Shown here: piece after piece, positions 51,252 to 63,299 of the stretch
Numbering within the stretch: the stretch's first letter is position 1
How the letters are laid out: each line of letters opens with the position of its first letter
Assembly (NCBI RefSeq): GCF_051903065.1
Contig: NZ_CP178439.1
Length of the DNA: 64,000 nucleotides
Strand: one strand, 5' to 3'
Origin: Escherichia coli
GTDB taxonomy: Bacteria > Pseudomonadota > Gammaproteobacteria > Enterobacterales > Enterobacteriaceae
Made by a program: the position numbers and the translations under genes
Notes under the pieces: generated by a model
Seen by the model: only the letters and a program-made list of their open reading frames with translations
Databases searched by the model: none
What the model was told of the DNA's origin: nothing

Positions 51252-51827
51252 ATGGCAGTTTCTCTCGTAAAAGGCGGCAACGTATCTCTGACCAAAGAAG
51301 CACCAACCATGAATATCGCTATGGTTGGCCTCGGCTGGGATGCCCGTGTAACTGACGGTCAGGCTTTTGACCTGGACGCTTCCGTGTTCGCAGTAGGCGA
51401 AGACGGTAAAGTGCTGTCAGATGCGCATTTCATTTTCTTCAATAACAAAACCAGCCCTGATGGCGCGGTAGAGCACCAGGGCGACAACCGTACCGGTGAA
51501 GGCGACGGTGACGATGAGCAGGTCAAAATCGATCTGACCAAAGTCTCAGCAGATATCAAAAAACTGGTGTTTGCCGTTACCATCTATGATGCAGAAGCGC
51601 GTAAACAAAACTTCGGCATGGTGAGCAACAGCTTCATGCGCGTTTACAACAACGACAACGGCACGGAAATTGCCCGTTTCGATCTGTCTGAAGATGCCTC
51701 AACCGAAACCGCTATGGTCTTCGGTGAACTGTATCGTCATGGCGCTGAGTGGAAGTTTAAAGCTGTCGGTCAGGGCTTTGCCGGTGGCCTGGCGGCTCTT
51801 GCCTCCCAGCACGGCGTTAACATCTAA
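51252..51827 (+). CDS. terE: Tellurite resistance protein TerE
   Basis: [13 protein letters not shown] signature; start at ATG 51252 with AGGAGC upstream (the track ORF begins upstream in the intergenic region); 191 aa. Confidence 0.9.
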   Translation: MAVSLVKGGNVSLTKEAPTMNIAMVGLGWDARVTDGQAFDLDASVFAVGEDGKVLSDAHFIFFNNKTSPDGAVEHQGDNRTGEGDGDDEQVKIDLTKVSADIKKLVFAVTIYDAEARKQNFGMVSNSFMRVYNNDNGTEIARFDLSEDASTETAMVFGELYRHGAEWKFKAVGQGFAGGLAALASQHGVNI

Positions 51828-51844
51828 AACAACGCTGAATCATA

Positions 51845-51869
51845 CCCCGGCAATGCCGGGGTTTTTTTT
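51845..51869 (+). terminator. Rho-independent terminator after terE
   Basis: CCCCGG-caatg-CCGGGG followed by T8. Confidence 0.75.
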
Positions 51870-52255
51870 GGTTGCGATCCGCTTTCAGGAGGGAGTAGTA
51901 GAAAGGGGACTGGAAATTTCAGAAAGCAGGTCATGTTAATTCAGACCTGAGCCTTTTAAAGGCAGGAAACGGATTTATCTCTGGTTGCTGGTTAAAGCCG
52001 GTATTCCGTGCCTTTTATCAACAGAATGCCCCTCTGATATATGTTACTTTTGCGGTTTATGAAGGAACGGGATCTGGAACATAAGATACCCGGTCAATCA
52101 AAATTCCAGTTCAACAGGTATAGAAACTTCAGCGTGATGAAATATGGTGTCACACCATATATACGCCTCACCAGAAATCCAGCGTCCTGAACTAAGCCTG
52201 GGGAACATATATAAGCGCTGCGCTTTAAAAATAATCAAAAATCAGGAGAGTTAAT

Positions 52256-53497
52256 GTGAATCTACAATCCGGACAAAACATACCGCTTCAGCAATCTGCG
52301 ATCAGGCTGAATCTTCAGTACCCTGCCAAATCCGGCTTTAAAGGCGAACCCGATACCTGCCTCTTCCTGCTTAATGCTCAGGGAAAGGTAACCGGCGATT
52401 CTGACTTTATCTTTTATAATAATCTGTCTTCTCCTGAAGGGGCAGTAAAGCTCGTTACCGGTTCTCAGCAGTCCAGCATTGAGATAGCACTGGATCGTGT
52501 TCCGGCGAACGTCAGTAAGATTGCGATCACCGTTGTCATTGATGGTGAAGATACTATCAGTGGGCTCAGTTTATTGAGCATTCAGGCTCCTGGTATCGCT
52601 GATTTTCAGGCTGAGACTCAGGGCCGCAGTGAGAAAGCAATCATCCTGGGTGAAGTATATCGGCACAATGGCGCCTGGAAGCTTCGTGCGCTCGGGCAGG
52701 GTTTCAACGGTGGTCTTGAGCCTCTGGCCATTAGCTTTGGCGTTGATGTCGCACAGCCAGCTCCGCAGCCAGCAAAGCCTGCTCGTATCAGTCTGGAAAA
52801 GAAACTTGAAACCAGATCTCCGCGCCTCGTAAGCCTCGCTAAAAAAGCCTCGGTCAGTCTCACTAAAAATAAACTGGACACCCTTGAGGCAGCGGTTGCA
52901 TTTGTACTTGACGCATCCGGCTCAATGAGTGGCCAGTTCAGTAAGGGCAACGTTCAGTCTGTGCTGGACCGCATCGCCGTTCTTGCCGCCCAGTTCGACG
53001 ACGACGGTGAAATGGATGTCTGGGGATTTGGAGAGAAGCACAAGAAGTATCCAAACGTCACACTGGACAACCTGGACACATATATTCAGTCCATTCGCGG
53101 GTCTGGAAAGCGTTCAGCCTGGGAGAACCTGCCGGGACTTGGTGGGACAAACAATGAGCCCCCTGTGATGGAAGAAATTGTCGACTACTTTAAGGACTCG
53201 AAAATCCCGGTATATGTTGTATTTATTACCGATGGCGGGATCAGCAAGACCCGGGCGATTAAAGATGCAATCCGGCGTTCTGCCAACTACCCCATCTTCT
53301 GGAAGTTTGTCGGCCTGGGTGGTTCAAGCTACGGTATCCTCAAAAATCTGGATGACTTTACTGACCGCCGGGTTGATAACACCCACTTCTTTGCCATGGA
53401 TGATTTCGGTTCGATCAGCGATGAAAAGTTATATGATAATTTACTGGAAGAATTCAGACCGTGGATCGATGAAACAAAAAGGTTAGGCATCCTGTAA
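52256..53497 (+). CDS. terF: TerF (TerD-like N-terminal domain plus C-terminal vWA-like domain)
   Basis: GTG start; N-terminal TerD-like region ([10 protein letters not shown]); C-terminal [11 protein letters not shown] and FITDGG vWA motifs; 413 aa. Confidence 0.75.
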
Positions 53498-53524
53498 TAC
53501 GCACAGTTTTCGCATGGTTAAAGG

Positions 53525-53560
53525 AGCTCTACAGCAGCTTAATACTGTAGAGCCTTTGTT
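53525..53560 (+). terminator. Hairpin terminator after terF
   Basis: GCTCTACAG-cagcttaata-CTGTAGAGC followed by CTTTGTT. Confidence 0.5.
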
Positions 53561-54059
53561 CACTGGAAATCGTACAGGGAGGAGCATATGGACCGCATCA
53601 AGTACCTGAAATGGATAGCTGAAGAATCACCAACTGATGATGAAATCGACAACTACGATAGTATCATTAGTCGGGGCGCAGAAAGGGCCGAGAAGGTTCA
53701 GTTGTCTTTAAGACGTTAATATACGGGAGTTTAAATGTTCGCAGAAATCAAAGATAATTATTCGTTAGGTGGATAAAGAAAGGTTGCCATTACCAGCTTT
53801 CGACGAGTCGAAAATAAAAACCTTATTTATAGTGACAGGGAGTATGAGCTGACGCTTGCCAATGGAACAATAATTAAAAATGTACTTAGAAAAGAAGAGT
53901 GGGAACTGTTAGAAAGCAATTCAATTAAGGTTATATTATAACGAAAATATATTTACAGTTTTGGATAGGTTTCAAACGAGTCCGGACATTTGTACCTGAA
54001 GTATCTGACATTACAGTTAAGTGACGATTATGCCAGCACGTCTGTTGCTGGCAGCTTAG

Positions 54060-54341
54060 CTATCGGTCTAAAAGCTGATCCATTAATAATTCTTCGTAAA
54101 GCCCAGAGGTATCGGGCTTTATTACAATATCCGTTATTTCGAAGCGTTCAAGTACAAATTGCAGATATTCCGGAGTAACGTAGTAGGGATCAGGTTCAGC
54201 CAGATTAGTATAGAGTGGGTCTTCTGCTGCATTAATGTCATAATCAATGCACATATGAAACCACTGCAAAGGTGGATCCCAGCCTAACATCACCTGAACA
54301 ATTCCCTGATTGCTTTTCACCTCATACCAGTGCTGGCTCAT
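54060..54341 (-). CDS. Small hypothetical protein (93 aa)
   Basis: ORF convergent with the ter operon; no recognised motif. Confidence 0.4.
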   Translation of the reverse strand: MSQHWYEVKSNQGIVQVMLGWDPPLQWFHMCIDYDINAAEDPLYTNLAEPDPYYVTPEYLQFVLERFEITDIVIKPDTSGLYEELLMDQLLDR

Positions 54342-54390
54342 ACTTAGTCCTTAAGAAAATTTGTCATCGGAAAATAACACGAAGCCTGCA

Positions 54391-54582
54391 TCATCGAGGC
54401 GCATAACCTTCTTCCCTTAACGCCTGTTGTAATTTATCAACTGCGCTTTTCATTACCCAGGCTTCTTCGTCACTCACAGCACAACCACGTAGATCGCTCC
54501 AGCTCAGACGTTTAACAAATTGAGCAAGGGCCATAGTTTCGTTCTCATCAAGCCGCAAACTCAGTGTCTCAATACCTTCCAC
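54391..54582 (-). CDS. Small hypothetical protein (63 aa)
   Basis: Immediately upstream of the 93-aa ORF on the same strand; possible two-gene module. Confidence 0.35.
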   Translation of the reverse strand: MEGIETLSLRLDENETMALAQFVKRLSWSDLRGCAVSDEEAWVMKSAVDKLQQALREEGYAPR

Positions 54583-54805
54583 TATCTAACCTCCCTTATA
54601 ATGAAAAATGGCGCTTTACTTCTGACCAGATGCCGAAGCCTTGAATGCAGCCGGAACTGTCGTTGTTTCTACTTTACAGAAATGGAATTAAAAAGTGGTG
54701 ATGCTGTCAGCGCCAGTGATATAAGACGGTAATTCGCCATTTGGATTGTCCGCTCCACCCAACATGTTGTTTCCTTAAGGTTCTCACACCAGAAAGGACA
54801 TCAAC

Positions 54806-56775
<1,970 letters not shown>

Positions 56776-56813
56776 CGAAAGTATTTAGCGGGCATGAAAA
56801 TGGCAAATAACGG

Positions 56814-57179
56814 TCAAACATCGTGGCGTTGACAATGCTGGGCACGTTTCTTTTCCAGCCGGGGTTTAAGCCAGAGCTGAAACTCATTCAACTTCTCAGC
56901 AGCCAAAACCGCTTCAACGGGGAAAACTTTATATTTACCCTGTTGCTGAGGTTCACCCAGCCATCGCCTGATGGCTCCGTCAGTCCATAAACGAGTCTCT
57001 TTTAGCCTAGTTACAGTGACCCATTTTCTGGACCATTCATCAAATTGTCGCTGGCGATCCCGATAACGTTGTTCTTCCTGCTGCCGAAGCCACTCGCGAT
57101 CAACAGCAAATTTTCGGTATCCAACAAAGAGCCCTTGTACTTTGGCCATGTCATATTCCGGTTGCTTAGAGTTACTCAT
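56814..57179 (-). CDS. Hypothetical protein, C-terminus altered by the IS21-like insertion
   Basis: The last 21 nt including the stop codon lie inside the IS right end; without the IS the ORF would end ..KRAQHHHFLIPFL. Confidence 0.5.
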   Translation of the reverse strand: MSNSKQPEYDMAKVQGLFVGYRKFAVDREWLRQQEEQRYRDRQRQFDEWSRKWVTVTRLKETRLWTDGAIRRWLGEPQQQGKYKVFPVEAVLAAEKLNEFQLWLKPRLEKKRAQHCQRHDV

Positions 57180-57482
57180 TCAACCAAAACCTAAACGTCG
57201 ATACAAACTCTGTTTCATAACCAGGGTTTTATCCTTACCGCGACAGTAAGTAACAGGGGCTGCATAAACCGGTCATTTAGTCCGTTATGCAAAAATTATT
57301 GAGGATCCGGGCTGTTAAACTGTTCTTCCTCTTTCGCTTCCGGTGAAAAGGGGAGGTGTCACCCTGCGAGCCCGTGTAGTGAAAGGGATTCGTCGTAATA
57401 CAGGCCAAAGGCTAACATGACCGCAAAGGACGCCCGGGCGACCGGATACCTGCCGGGTTGTGCGATGTAAAATCCGGAAGCA

Positions 57483-57914
57483 GTGATAACACAAACAGGC
57501 CCCTACAGCGTAAGGATTGTGATGGACGATAAAGAGCAGTTTACGAATCTTGTGGCAAAGCATGCCTCCGGACTCACCGAAGAGCAGCTGGCCGGGTACG
57601 ATGCCTGTTCCCTGGATGGTGAATGCGTCACGCCTTCATACGAGGTTTTCCGGGGGTATCGTACCCGCCACACACTGGATGAATTTCTGGAGATGGCCAT
57701 ATCGCTGAATGCCATCCACCCGGATGAATATTTAACGGATATGCTGCTGAAGCCTCATGAGGTGATCGGCGCTCTGGCCGATGAAGGCGACCAGCTGAAC
57801 AACGCCACCCCGGTTTATTTCTTTCCGGATACCGGCGTCTATGCAGCGGCCGTTAGTGAAACCCGGGTGCTCGATGCCTGGCTTTGCTGGCCATGCTACC
57901 CGGCGAACTGGTAA
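57483..57914 (+). CDS. Hypothetical protein (143 aa)
   Basis: ORF with ATG start; no recognised motif. Confidence 0.45.
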   Translation: MITQTGPYSVRIVMDDKEQFTNLVAKHASGLTEEQLAGYDACSLDGECVTPSYEVFRGYRTRHTLDEFLEMAISLNAIHPDEYLTDMLLKPHEVIGALADEGDQLNNATPVYFFPDTGVYAAAVSETRVLDAWLCWPCYPANW

Positions 57915-57982
57915 CGCGGCCGTTGGAATTGCACCGGCCGGATACGAATTTAACCGACCCCGTGGCGGGAAGGCTATCAGAG

Positions 57983-58235
57983 TTGCATGTCCTCATCCCT
58001 CAAGCCCCCTGCCAGGCCCCAACGTGCTGTCAGGCTTCGCCTGATTCCCGATCTGCGCCGATACTTCAGCCGATAACTTTTTGTTTTCTTTTTATTTTCT
58101 TCCCATTTCCTCAAAAATCGCGGGCGGCGTGGACAGGGCACCATTGCCGCATGTGGGGTCTTAATAAGGGCAGGGTGGTCAGTTTTGCTCGATGCCAGGG
58201 GTAGGCCCTCCCCTTCATGGGATGAGGACATGCAA
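57983..58235. repeat. Non-coding element of about 253 bp bounded by 17-bp perfect inverted repeats
   Basis: TTGCATGTCCTCATCCC (57983-57999) and GGGATGAGGACATGCAA (58219-58235); interior is GC-rich with T-rich stretches and no credible ORF. Confidence 0.5.
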
Positions 58236-58386
58236 GTAAGCTAACTATCTGAAATGACGAAGGTTCATTTGGTGAATGTCGCTTCATATTAATGTTGTGT
58301 CACTTATGATCGTATGTAGCTGGTTGCAAAGAGGAGCGATGAGACAATAAAGTTGTATCGCTAACAAGATTTATGCTGCCACATAG

Positions 58387-58490
58387 TAACAGCCTAAAAG
58401 TTGTACGCCCTATTTAACAGCTTTTAGGCTGTTAATTTGATATTACAGCTTTTAGGGTGTATGTTTAGGAAACAGCCTGCAAGGTGTATC
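58387..58490. promoter_or_regulatory. Four imperfect palindromic repeats (ACAGC-N6-GSTGT) upstream of hipB, candidate operators
   Basis: AACAGCCTAAAAG, AACAGCTTTTAGGCTGTT, TACAGCTTTTAGGGTGTA, AACAGCCTGCAAGGTGTA within 100 bp ending 25 bp before the hipB start. Confidence 0.5.
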
Positions 58491-58514
58491 AGAGGAAACT
58501 ACTGAGGCCAGCTT

Positions 58515-58811
58515 ATGATCAATAATGATTACCCGTTAAACACGCTCAACCAGCTGCGTCCCTTGCTCATTGGTTTTCGCAAGGCGAATGGCCTGACGCA
58601 AAAAGACCTGTCCGAAAGGTTAGGCGTCACTCAACAGACATACTCACGTCTGGAAGCCAACCCTGCCAGTGCGAGCATTGAACGGCTATTCAAGGTGTTT
58701 TCCATCCTGGGCGTAAAAATCAGCTTCTCCTCGGCAACCACCTCTTCAGAGAGGAAGCAGACGGAAGAAATGCTTAAATCAAACTCACCTGCACGACAGG
58801 AGGATTGGTAA
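58515..58811 (+). CDS. hipB: HipB-like XRE-family helix-turn-helix antitoxin
   Basis: Helix-turn-helix segment GLTQKDLSERLGVTQQTYSRLE; 98 aa; stop 4 nt before the hipA start. Confidence 0.8.
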   Translation: MINNDYPLNTLNQLRPLLIGFRKANGLTQKDLSERLGVTQQTYSRLEANPASASIERLFKVFSILGVKISFSSATTSSERKQTEEMLKSNSPARQEDW

Positions 58812-58815
58812 CGAT

Positions 58816-60141
58816 ATGAGCCGGAAACAGCAACGTCTGGTAATTTGGATGAACGGCATCAAAGTCGGGTACTGGGAAAAAAGCAAAGGGGTAGACAGCT
58901 TAGAATACCTTCCTGAATGGGTTGCTGACGAACAGGGAAGGCCGCTGTCATTGTCCCTTCCTTTTACTCCCGGGAACCAGGTCTGGCGTGGAAATGTGGT
59001 ACGTGACTATTTTGATAATTTACTGCCGGACAGCGAAGGCATACGCAGACGTCTGGCAATGCGTTACAAGGCCGATAGCCTGGAGCCTTTTGATCTGCTG
59101 ACGGAGCTGGGAAAAGACTGCGTGGGCGCGATACAGCTGCTTCATGACGGAGATGAACCCACTGATTTATATTCCGTGAAGTATCACCCGCTTACTGAAT
59201 CAGAAATTGCGGCAACTTTGCGTAATACCACGGAGACATTGCTACCGGGCAGGCCAGAAGATAACGACGACTTACGTTTATCTATTGCCGGTGCTCAGGA
59301 GAAAACAGCCCTACTGTGGCATGAAGATCGGTGGTGTATGCCGGAGGGTAATACACCAACGACGCATATATTCAAGCTACCGCTCGGACTTGTGGGGAAC
59401 ATGAAAGCCGACATGAGCTCGTCGGTTGAAAATGAATGGCTCTGCTCGGTACTTCTCGGCCAGTACGGGCTCCCCGTGGCAAGAACGCAGATTGCTCACT
59501 TTGAAGATCAGAAAGCGCTGGTGGTAGAACGTTTTGACCGAAAATGGTCAGGAGACGGACAATGGATCATTCGTTTACCCCAGGAGGATATGTGTCAGGC
59601 CCTGGGCGTTTCGCCATTACGAAAATATCAGGCGGACGGCGGGCCAGGTATATCGGAAATTATGGAGGTTCTGAGTAATTCAGACCGTGCTGAGCGTGAC
59701 AAAGCGCAGTTTTTTATGACGCAGATAATTTTCTGGATGATGGCCGCAACAGATGGCCACGCTAAAAATTTCAGTATTTCTATTGGGCCACAGGGACGTT
59801 ATCACCTTACACCAAACTATGATGTGTTGTCGGCATGGCCGGTGATCGGTCATGGGAACAATCAGATATCCTGGCAGAAGTGCAAACTGGCGATGGCCGT
59901 ACGTGGCAGTAGCAACTATTACCAGATATATCGAATACAACGACGCCACTGGATCAGGCATGGTGAGATAACCGGCCTGAGTAAACAGCAGACAGAGGCG
60001 ATGATAGAGGAAATCATCGCCAGAACCCCGGGTGTCATTGAACGTGTTAGCGGGCTTCTTCCGGACCAGTTCCCCCAGCAGCTTGCGGAAAGTATTTTTG
60101 ATGGAATGAGGCAGCAATGCAGGCGCCTGGCTGAGAAATGA
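58816..60141 (+). CDS. hipA: HipA-family Ser/Thr kinase toxin
   Basis: 441 aa; conserved HipA blocks (FFDNLLPDS, SIAGAQEKTALL, ERFDR, ATDGHAKNFS) matching E. coli HipA along its length. Confidence 0.9.
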   Translation: MSRKQQRLVIWMNGIKVGYWEKSKGVDSLEYLPEWVADEQGRPLSLSLPFTPGNQVWRGNVVRDYFDNLLPDSEGIRRRLAMRYKADSLEPFDLLTELGKDCVGAIQLLHDGDEPTDLYSVKYHPLTESEIAATLRNTTETLLPGRPEDNDDLRLSIAGAQEKTALLWHEDRWCMPEGNTPTTHIFKLPLGLVGNMKADMSSSVENEWLCSVLLGQYGLPVARTQIAHFEDQKALVVERFDRKWSGDGQWIIRLPQEDMCQALGVSPLRKYQADGGPGISEIMEVLSNSDRAERDKAQFFMTQIIFWMMAATDGHAKNFSISIGPQGRYHLTPNYDVLSAWPVIGHGNNQISWQKCKLAMAVRGSSNYYQIYRIQRRHWIRHGEITGLSKQQTEAMIEEIIARTPGVIERVSGLLPDQFPQQLAESIFDGMRQQCRRLAEK

Positions 60142-60201
60142 CAGCCGCAATTTATAGTGTGCATGTTTTCAGAATAGCTGATGTAAGCGTGAGGATTCAG
60201 T

Positions 60202-60408
60202 ATGACTGAAGAACAAAAAAGAATAGAGCGGGCTATTGAGTTGGCTTGTCGTTACGGCGGAACCGATGAAATGCATCATCTGCAATGGGTCGTGGATCAG
60301 ATGGTAAGAGAACTTGCTGGAGAACGTTATGCACAGATTGTAGCTGATGCCACCAGCGGAGAAGATGGGCCTGATACTTACAAATGGAGTGTTGGGATCG
60401 CGCCTTAA
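60202..60408 (+). CDS. Small hypothetical protein (68 aa)
   Basis: Short ORF with ATG start downstream of hipA. Confidence 0.35.
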   Translation: MTEEQKRIERAIELACRYGGTDEMHHLQWVVDQMVRELAGERYAQIVADATSGEDGPDTYKWSVGIAP

Positions 60409-60509
60409 CAGCTGTCGGTCTGGGGGTGAAAACGTATTCTTCATTCAGCGAATTCCCAGGCTTCACATTAAGACTAAAGCGGCGGCCGCAGTAACGTAAG
60501 AGAAAATAA

Positions 60510-60920
60510 ATGGCTATTTTAGCAATCATTGCAGTTATCGCCCTGGGTGGGTACGCCTACGGATTTATTAAAACCCGTGAGCTGAGCGCTTTGCGTAAAG
60601 AAATGAAACTATACGTGGATCGCATGGAAGCGGCGGAGCTGGACTTACACGCAATCAGAAGTGTAGCGGAGCACCGGTTGCACGGTGCAGGTAAACAGTT
60701 TGCCGACCTTTACAGCCGTATCGACGGTGCAACTGTGACGCTGACACCCGAAGATCAGCTGTTACTGGCAACGATGCCATTTAATATTCAGGATGTAGAA
60801 GACATCGTAAACGAGCGCGGTCCAAAGACAATTAGCGGCCGTCCATTCTGGGAAGTTGAGCCAGGCCCGCATGATTATGAATATGGCCCGCAATATCCGT
60901 ATTTCCCAGACCAGCGCTAG
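60510..60920 (+). CDS. Hypothetical protein with N-terminal transmembrane anchor
   Basis: N-terminus MAILAIIAVIALGGYAYGFI; 136 aa; ends 12 nt before the HNH gene. Confidence 0.5.
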   Translation: MAILAIIAVIALGGYAYGFIKTRELSALRKEMKLYVDRMEAAELDLHAIRSVAEHRLHGAGKQFADLYSRIDGATVTLTPEDQLLLATMPFNIQDVEDIVNERGPKTISGRPFWEVEPGPHDYEYGPQYPYFPDQR

Positions 60921-60932
60921 GAAGAGATCAAG

Positions 60933-61748
60933 ATGAGAGAGCCAAGACCACGCCATACCTTGCAGGTCATTCGTGTACCTTCTCTGGAGGTTCAGGACCT
61001 GGGGCTGACCAGCTTTGATAGCTGGCTTGACGAGCACGGGTATGACAAAACGAATGCCAGAAATAACCGTACCATCTGGGCGAGAGAAGGCGGATGGCAT
61101 CTGAAACGTTGCAGAAATCTTGAAACTGGCACGGACGATTTCTGGTTTATCGCTTTCGATGGTAAAGGCGGGAAGATTTACCCGCTGAAAACCCAAAGAG
61201 ACTACCGGGCTGCATATCGTAAGCTGGAAGCAGAAGGTTATGCGCCTGCGGTCATCGAGCAAATGACCACAGGCGCAGCATATAACCTGGCCTATCCACG
61301 TTCCACCCTAAAACAAGCTGAGACGGCCACCAGCGAGCCAATTCGGAAACCTGACGTAGATATCCAGGGTGAGCACTGCGAGCGCGTAGTGACGCAACGT
61401 AGTGGCGTGGCACAGGGTAAATTCAAAGCTCTGCTCATCGAGAATTTCGCAGGCCGTTGTGCGGTAACCGGTTGGGTTAATGGAGGTGTCCTGGATGCGG
61501 CACACATTGAACATGGAACCCGGTACAATCCGTCTAATGGCATCCTGATGACTCCAACAATGCATGCGCTGTTTGATGCCGATCTTATGGGCATAGATCC
61601 GGCCACCCTGACCGTTCATTTTAAGCCAGGCATTGAGGTGGGCGAGCTGTTTGAAGGCCGTAAAATCACACCGCTGGTGTACGATCTGGACTTAGAGCGG
61701 CTGGCCGTACGCTGGGCAGAATACCAGGGCCTTGCTCAGGACCAATGA
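60933..61748 (+). CDS. HNH endonuclease-domain protein (HNH_2-like)
   Basis: C-terminal CAVTGW..LDAAHIEH..SNGILMTPTMHALFDADLMGI matches the HNH nuclease signature; 271 aa. Confidence 0.65.
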   Translation: MREPRPRHTLQVIRVPSLEVQDLGLTSFDSWLDEHGYDKTNARNNRTIWAREGGWHLKRCRNLETGTDDFWFIAFDGKGGKIYPLKTQRDYRAAYRKLEAEGYAPAVIEQMTTGAAYNLAYPRSTLKQAETATSEPIRKPDVDIQGEHCERVVTQRSGVAQGKFKALLIENFAGRCAVTGWVNGGVLDAAHIEHGTRYNPSNGILMTPTMHALFDADLMGIDPATLTVHFKPGIEVGELFEGRKITPLVYDLDLERLAVRWAEYQGLAQDQ

Positions 61749-62001
61749 AGGGTGACAGCCAGGTTGTGCCTAAACCTGGCAGTAAAACCTGCATGCCACA
61801 AACCTTTAAATTCTGACTCAAGAGCCTGGCACAAGATAAAAGCGAAATGAAAAGGTTAAAACCGGTGCACCAGACCTCTTAGGTTTAATACCTGAGCCAG
61901 TATACTGGCAGTCTCAGGTAAGTGGGTATCATACACTTCAGAAATATCCACACCGAGATAACCGCAACAGTTAAAGAGCTAAAAAGGACGGTTTTAATTT
62001 T

Positions 62002-62427
62002 ATGAATAAAACAGCTTTAATTATGATTCTGGGAATCCTCGGATGTGGTAAAGCATTTGCAGCCACTGAATTACAGCTCCAGCAAAAACGCGTTATGCAT
62101 TTCTGTGCCAATGCCAGCCTTCCGTTGTTGATTGCCGGTACAACTTATGCGAATACGTCTGACAATGGACGACCAGAAAAAGAAAGAGTGGCAATCCTGA
62201 AAAATTCAGTTGCAAGCTCGACAGCTTATAAAATGGCATCTCCCGGAGTTCAGATGGCCATGATGAGCGTGGTGGAAGATATTGCCGATCCGAAAGAATT
62301 AGCTCTACATCAAAAAGAAGTTAGACGTCTTGGGGCTAGTTATCTTTCCGACAGCGGTGTTTCATGGGCTTCAAAAACTGTTTCACCATTTACAGCCTGG
62401 TGTAACTTTAACCGTTTAGAAAGTTAA
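62002..62427 (+). CDS. Putative secreted protein or lipoprotein
   Basis: Signal peptide MNKTALIMILGILGCGKAFAA; 141 aa. Confidence 0.5.
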   Translation: MNKTALIMILGILGCGKAFAATELQLQQKRVMHFCANASLPLLIAGTTYANTSDNGRPEKERVAILKNSVASSTAYKMASPGVQMAMMSVVEDIADPKELALHQKEVRRLGASYLSDSGVSWASKTVSPFTAWCNFNRLES

Positions 62428-62453
62428 GGCTGGCAAGGCGGTTTCTGTTCAGG

Positions 62454-62464
62454 AAAGTTACTTT
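62454..62464. repeat. AAAGTWACTTT palindromic motif copy 11
   Basis: GGAAAGTTACTTTCC (15-bp palindrome), intergenic; a related inverted pair GTAACTTT..AAAGTTA lies at 62402-62427. Confidence 0.6.
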
Positions 62465-62975
62465 CCGTGCGGGGACCGTAAGATACAGATAAAGCTTAAG
62501 GCCTTTGAATTTTTGGAAAGCATTTGAAAATTTCATTGCGCTTGTCTGATATGAAACAGCCCCTGCATTTCTGCAAAGGCTGAAAGAGTGTGTACGGACT
62601 TTGGAAGGAGTGATGATATACGCCTGAGCCATCCCATCACCGCAGACAGGGTAATTAACCCTGACTAAAGCTTTCACCTATTCCGTCGCTCGCAAGCGGC
62701 TTTCGCACACTAACGAAGGTATGGCCTTTCGTCGGTGTTAAATTTTTCAAACTTTGCTTACTTTGTCAAGGAAGGTGACCGCAGTAGCAGGCACAACTAC
62801 TTTAATCTGTATGAATAATAAGGTAGAACCGGCCAGTGAATGAATGCTTACCCTGAAATCAGGCGGACAACCTTCAGGAATATTGATAGCAAGACTGAAT
62901 CTCTCGCTGCGGCGATAAACATTTCGCCATAACCCTGAACGAGAGTGGTTCATCCATCATATACAGGAGCGTTAC

Positions 62976-63284
62976 ATGCGCAAATTTAAGTACATAATCT
63001 GTCACCAGTGCGAAGGCCACGGGACCATGGAAAACCCGGCCTTTGAAAATGGATTCACCCAATCAGAAATGGCTGAGTGGGAGCCAGAAATGCGTGAAAA
63101 GTATTTTGCCGGAGCATTTGATGTTCGCTGTAACGTTTGTGCCGGTGACGGTAAGCTCAGCGTACCAAACGTAGCGGCTATGTCTTTTTCAGAACGACGG
63201 GTTCTGGCAGCACGGCGGCGTGATGAGCGTCTTCAGGCTGCTGATGAACGGCTGTCCCGCCAGGAACGAGCAATGGGGTACTGA
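62976..63284 (+). CDS. Small zinc-finger protein (CxxCxGxG repeats)
   Basis: CHQCEGHG and CNVCAGDG DnaJ-type zinc-finger motifs; 102 aa; directly upstream of the second HNH gene. Confidence 0.5.
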   Translation: MRKFKYIICHQCEGHGTMENPAFENGFTQSEMAEWEPEMREKYFAGAFDVRCNVCAGDGKLSVPNVAAMSFSERRVLAARRRDERLQAADERLSRQERAMGY

Positions 63285-63299
63285 GGTGCTACAGCAAAG

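Noticed and set aside
57884-58231. ORFs 57884-58204 (+) and 57977-58231 (-) inside the inverted-repeat-bounded element
   Set aside because: Low-complexity translations with no start context, mutually overlapping and lying within a likely non-coding repeat element.
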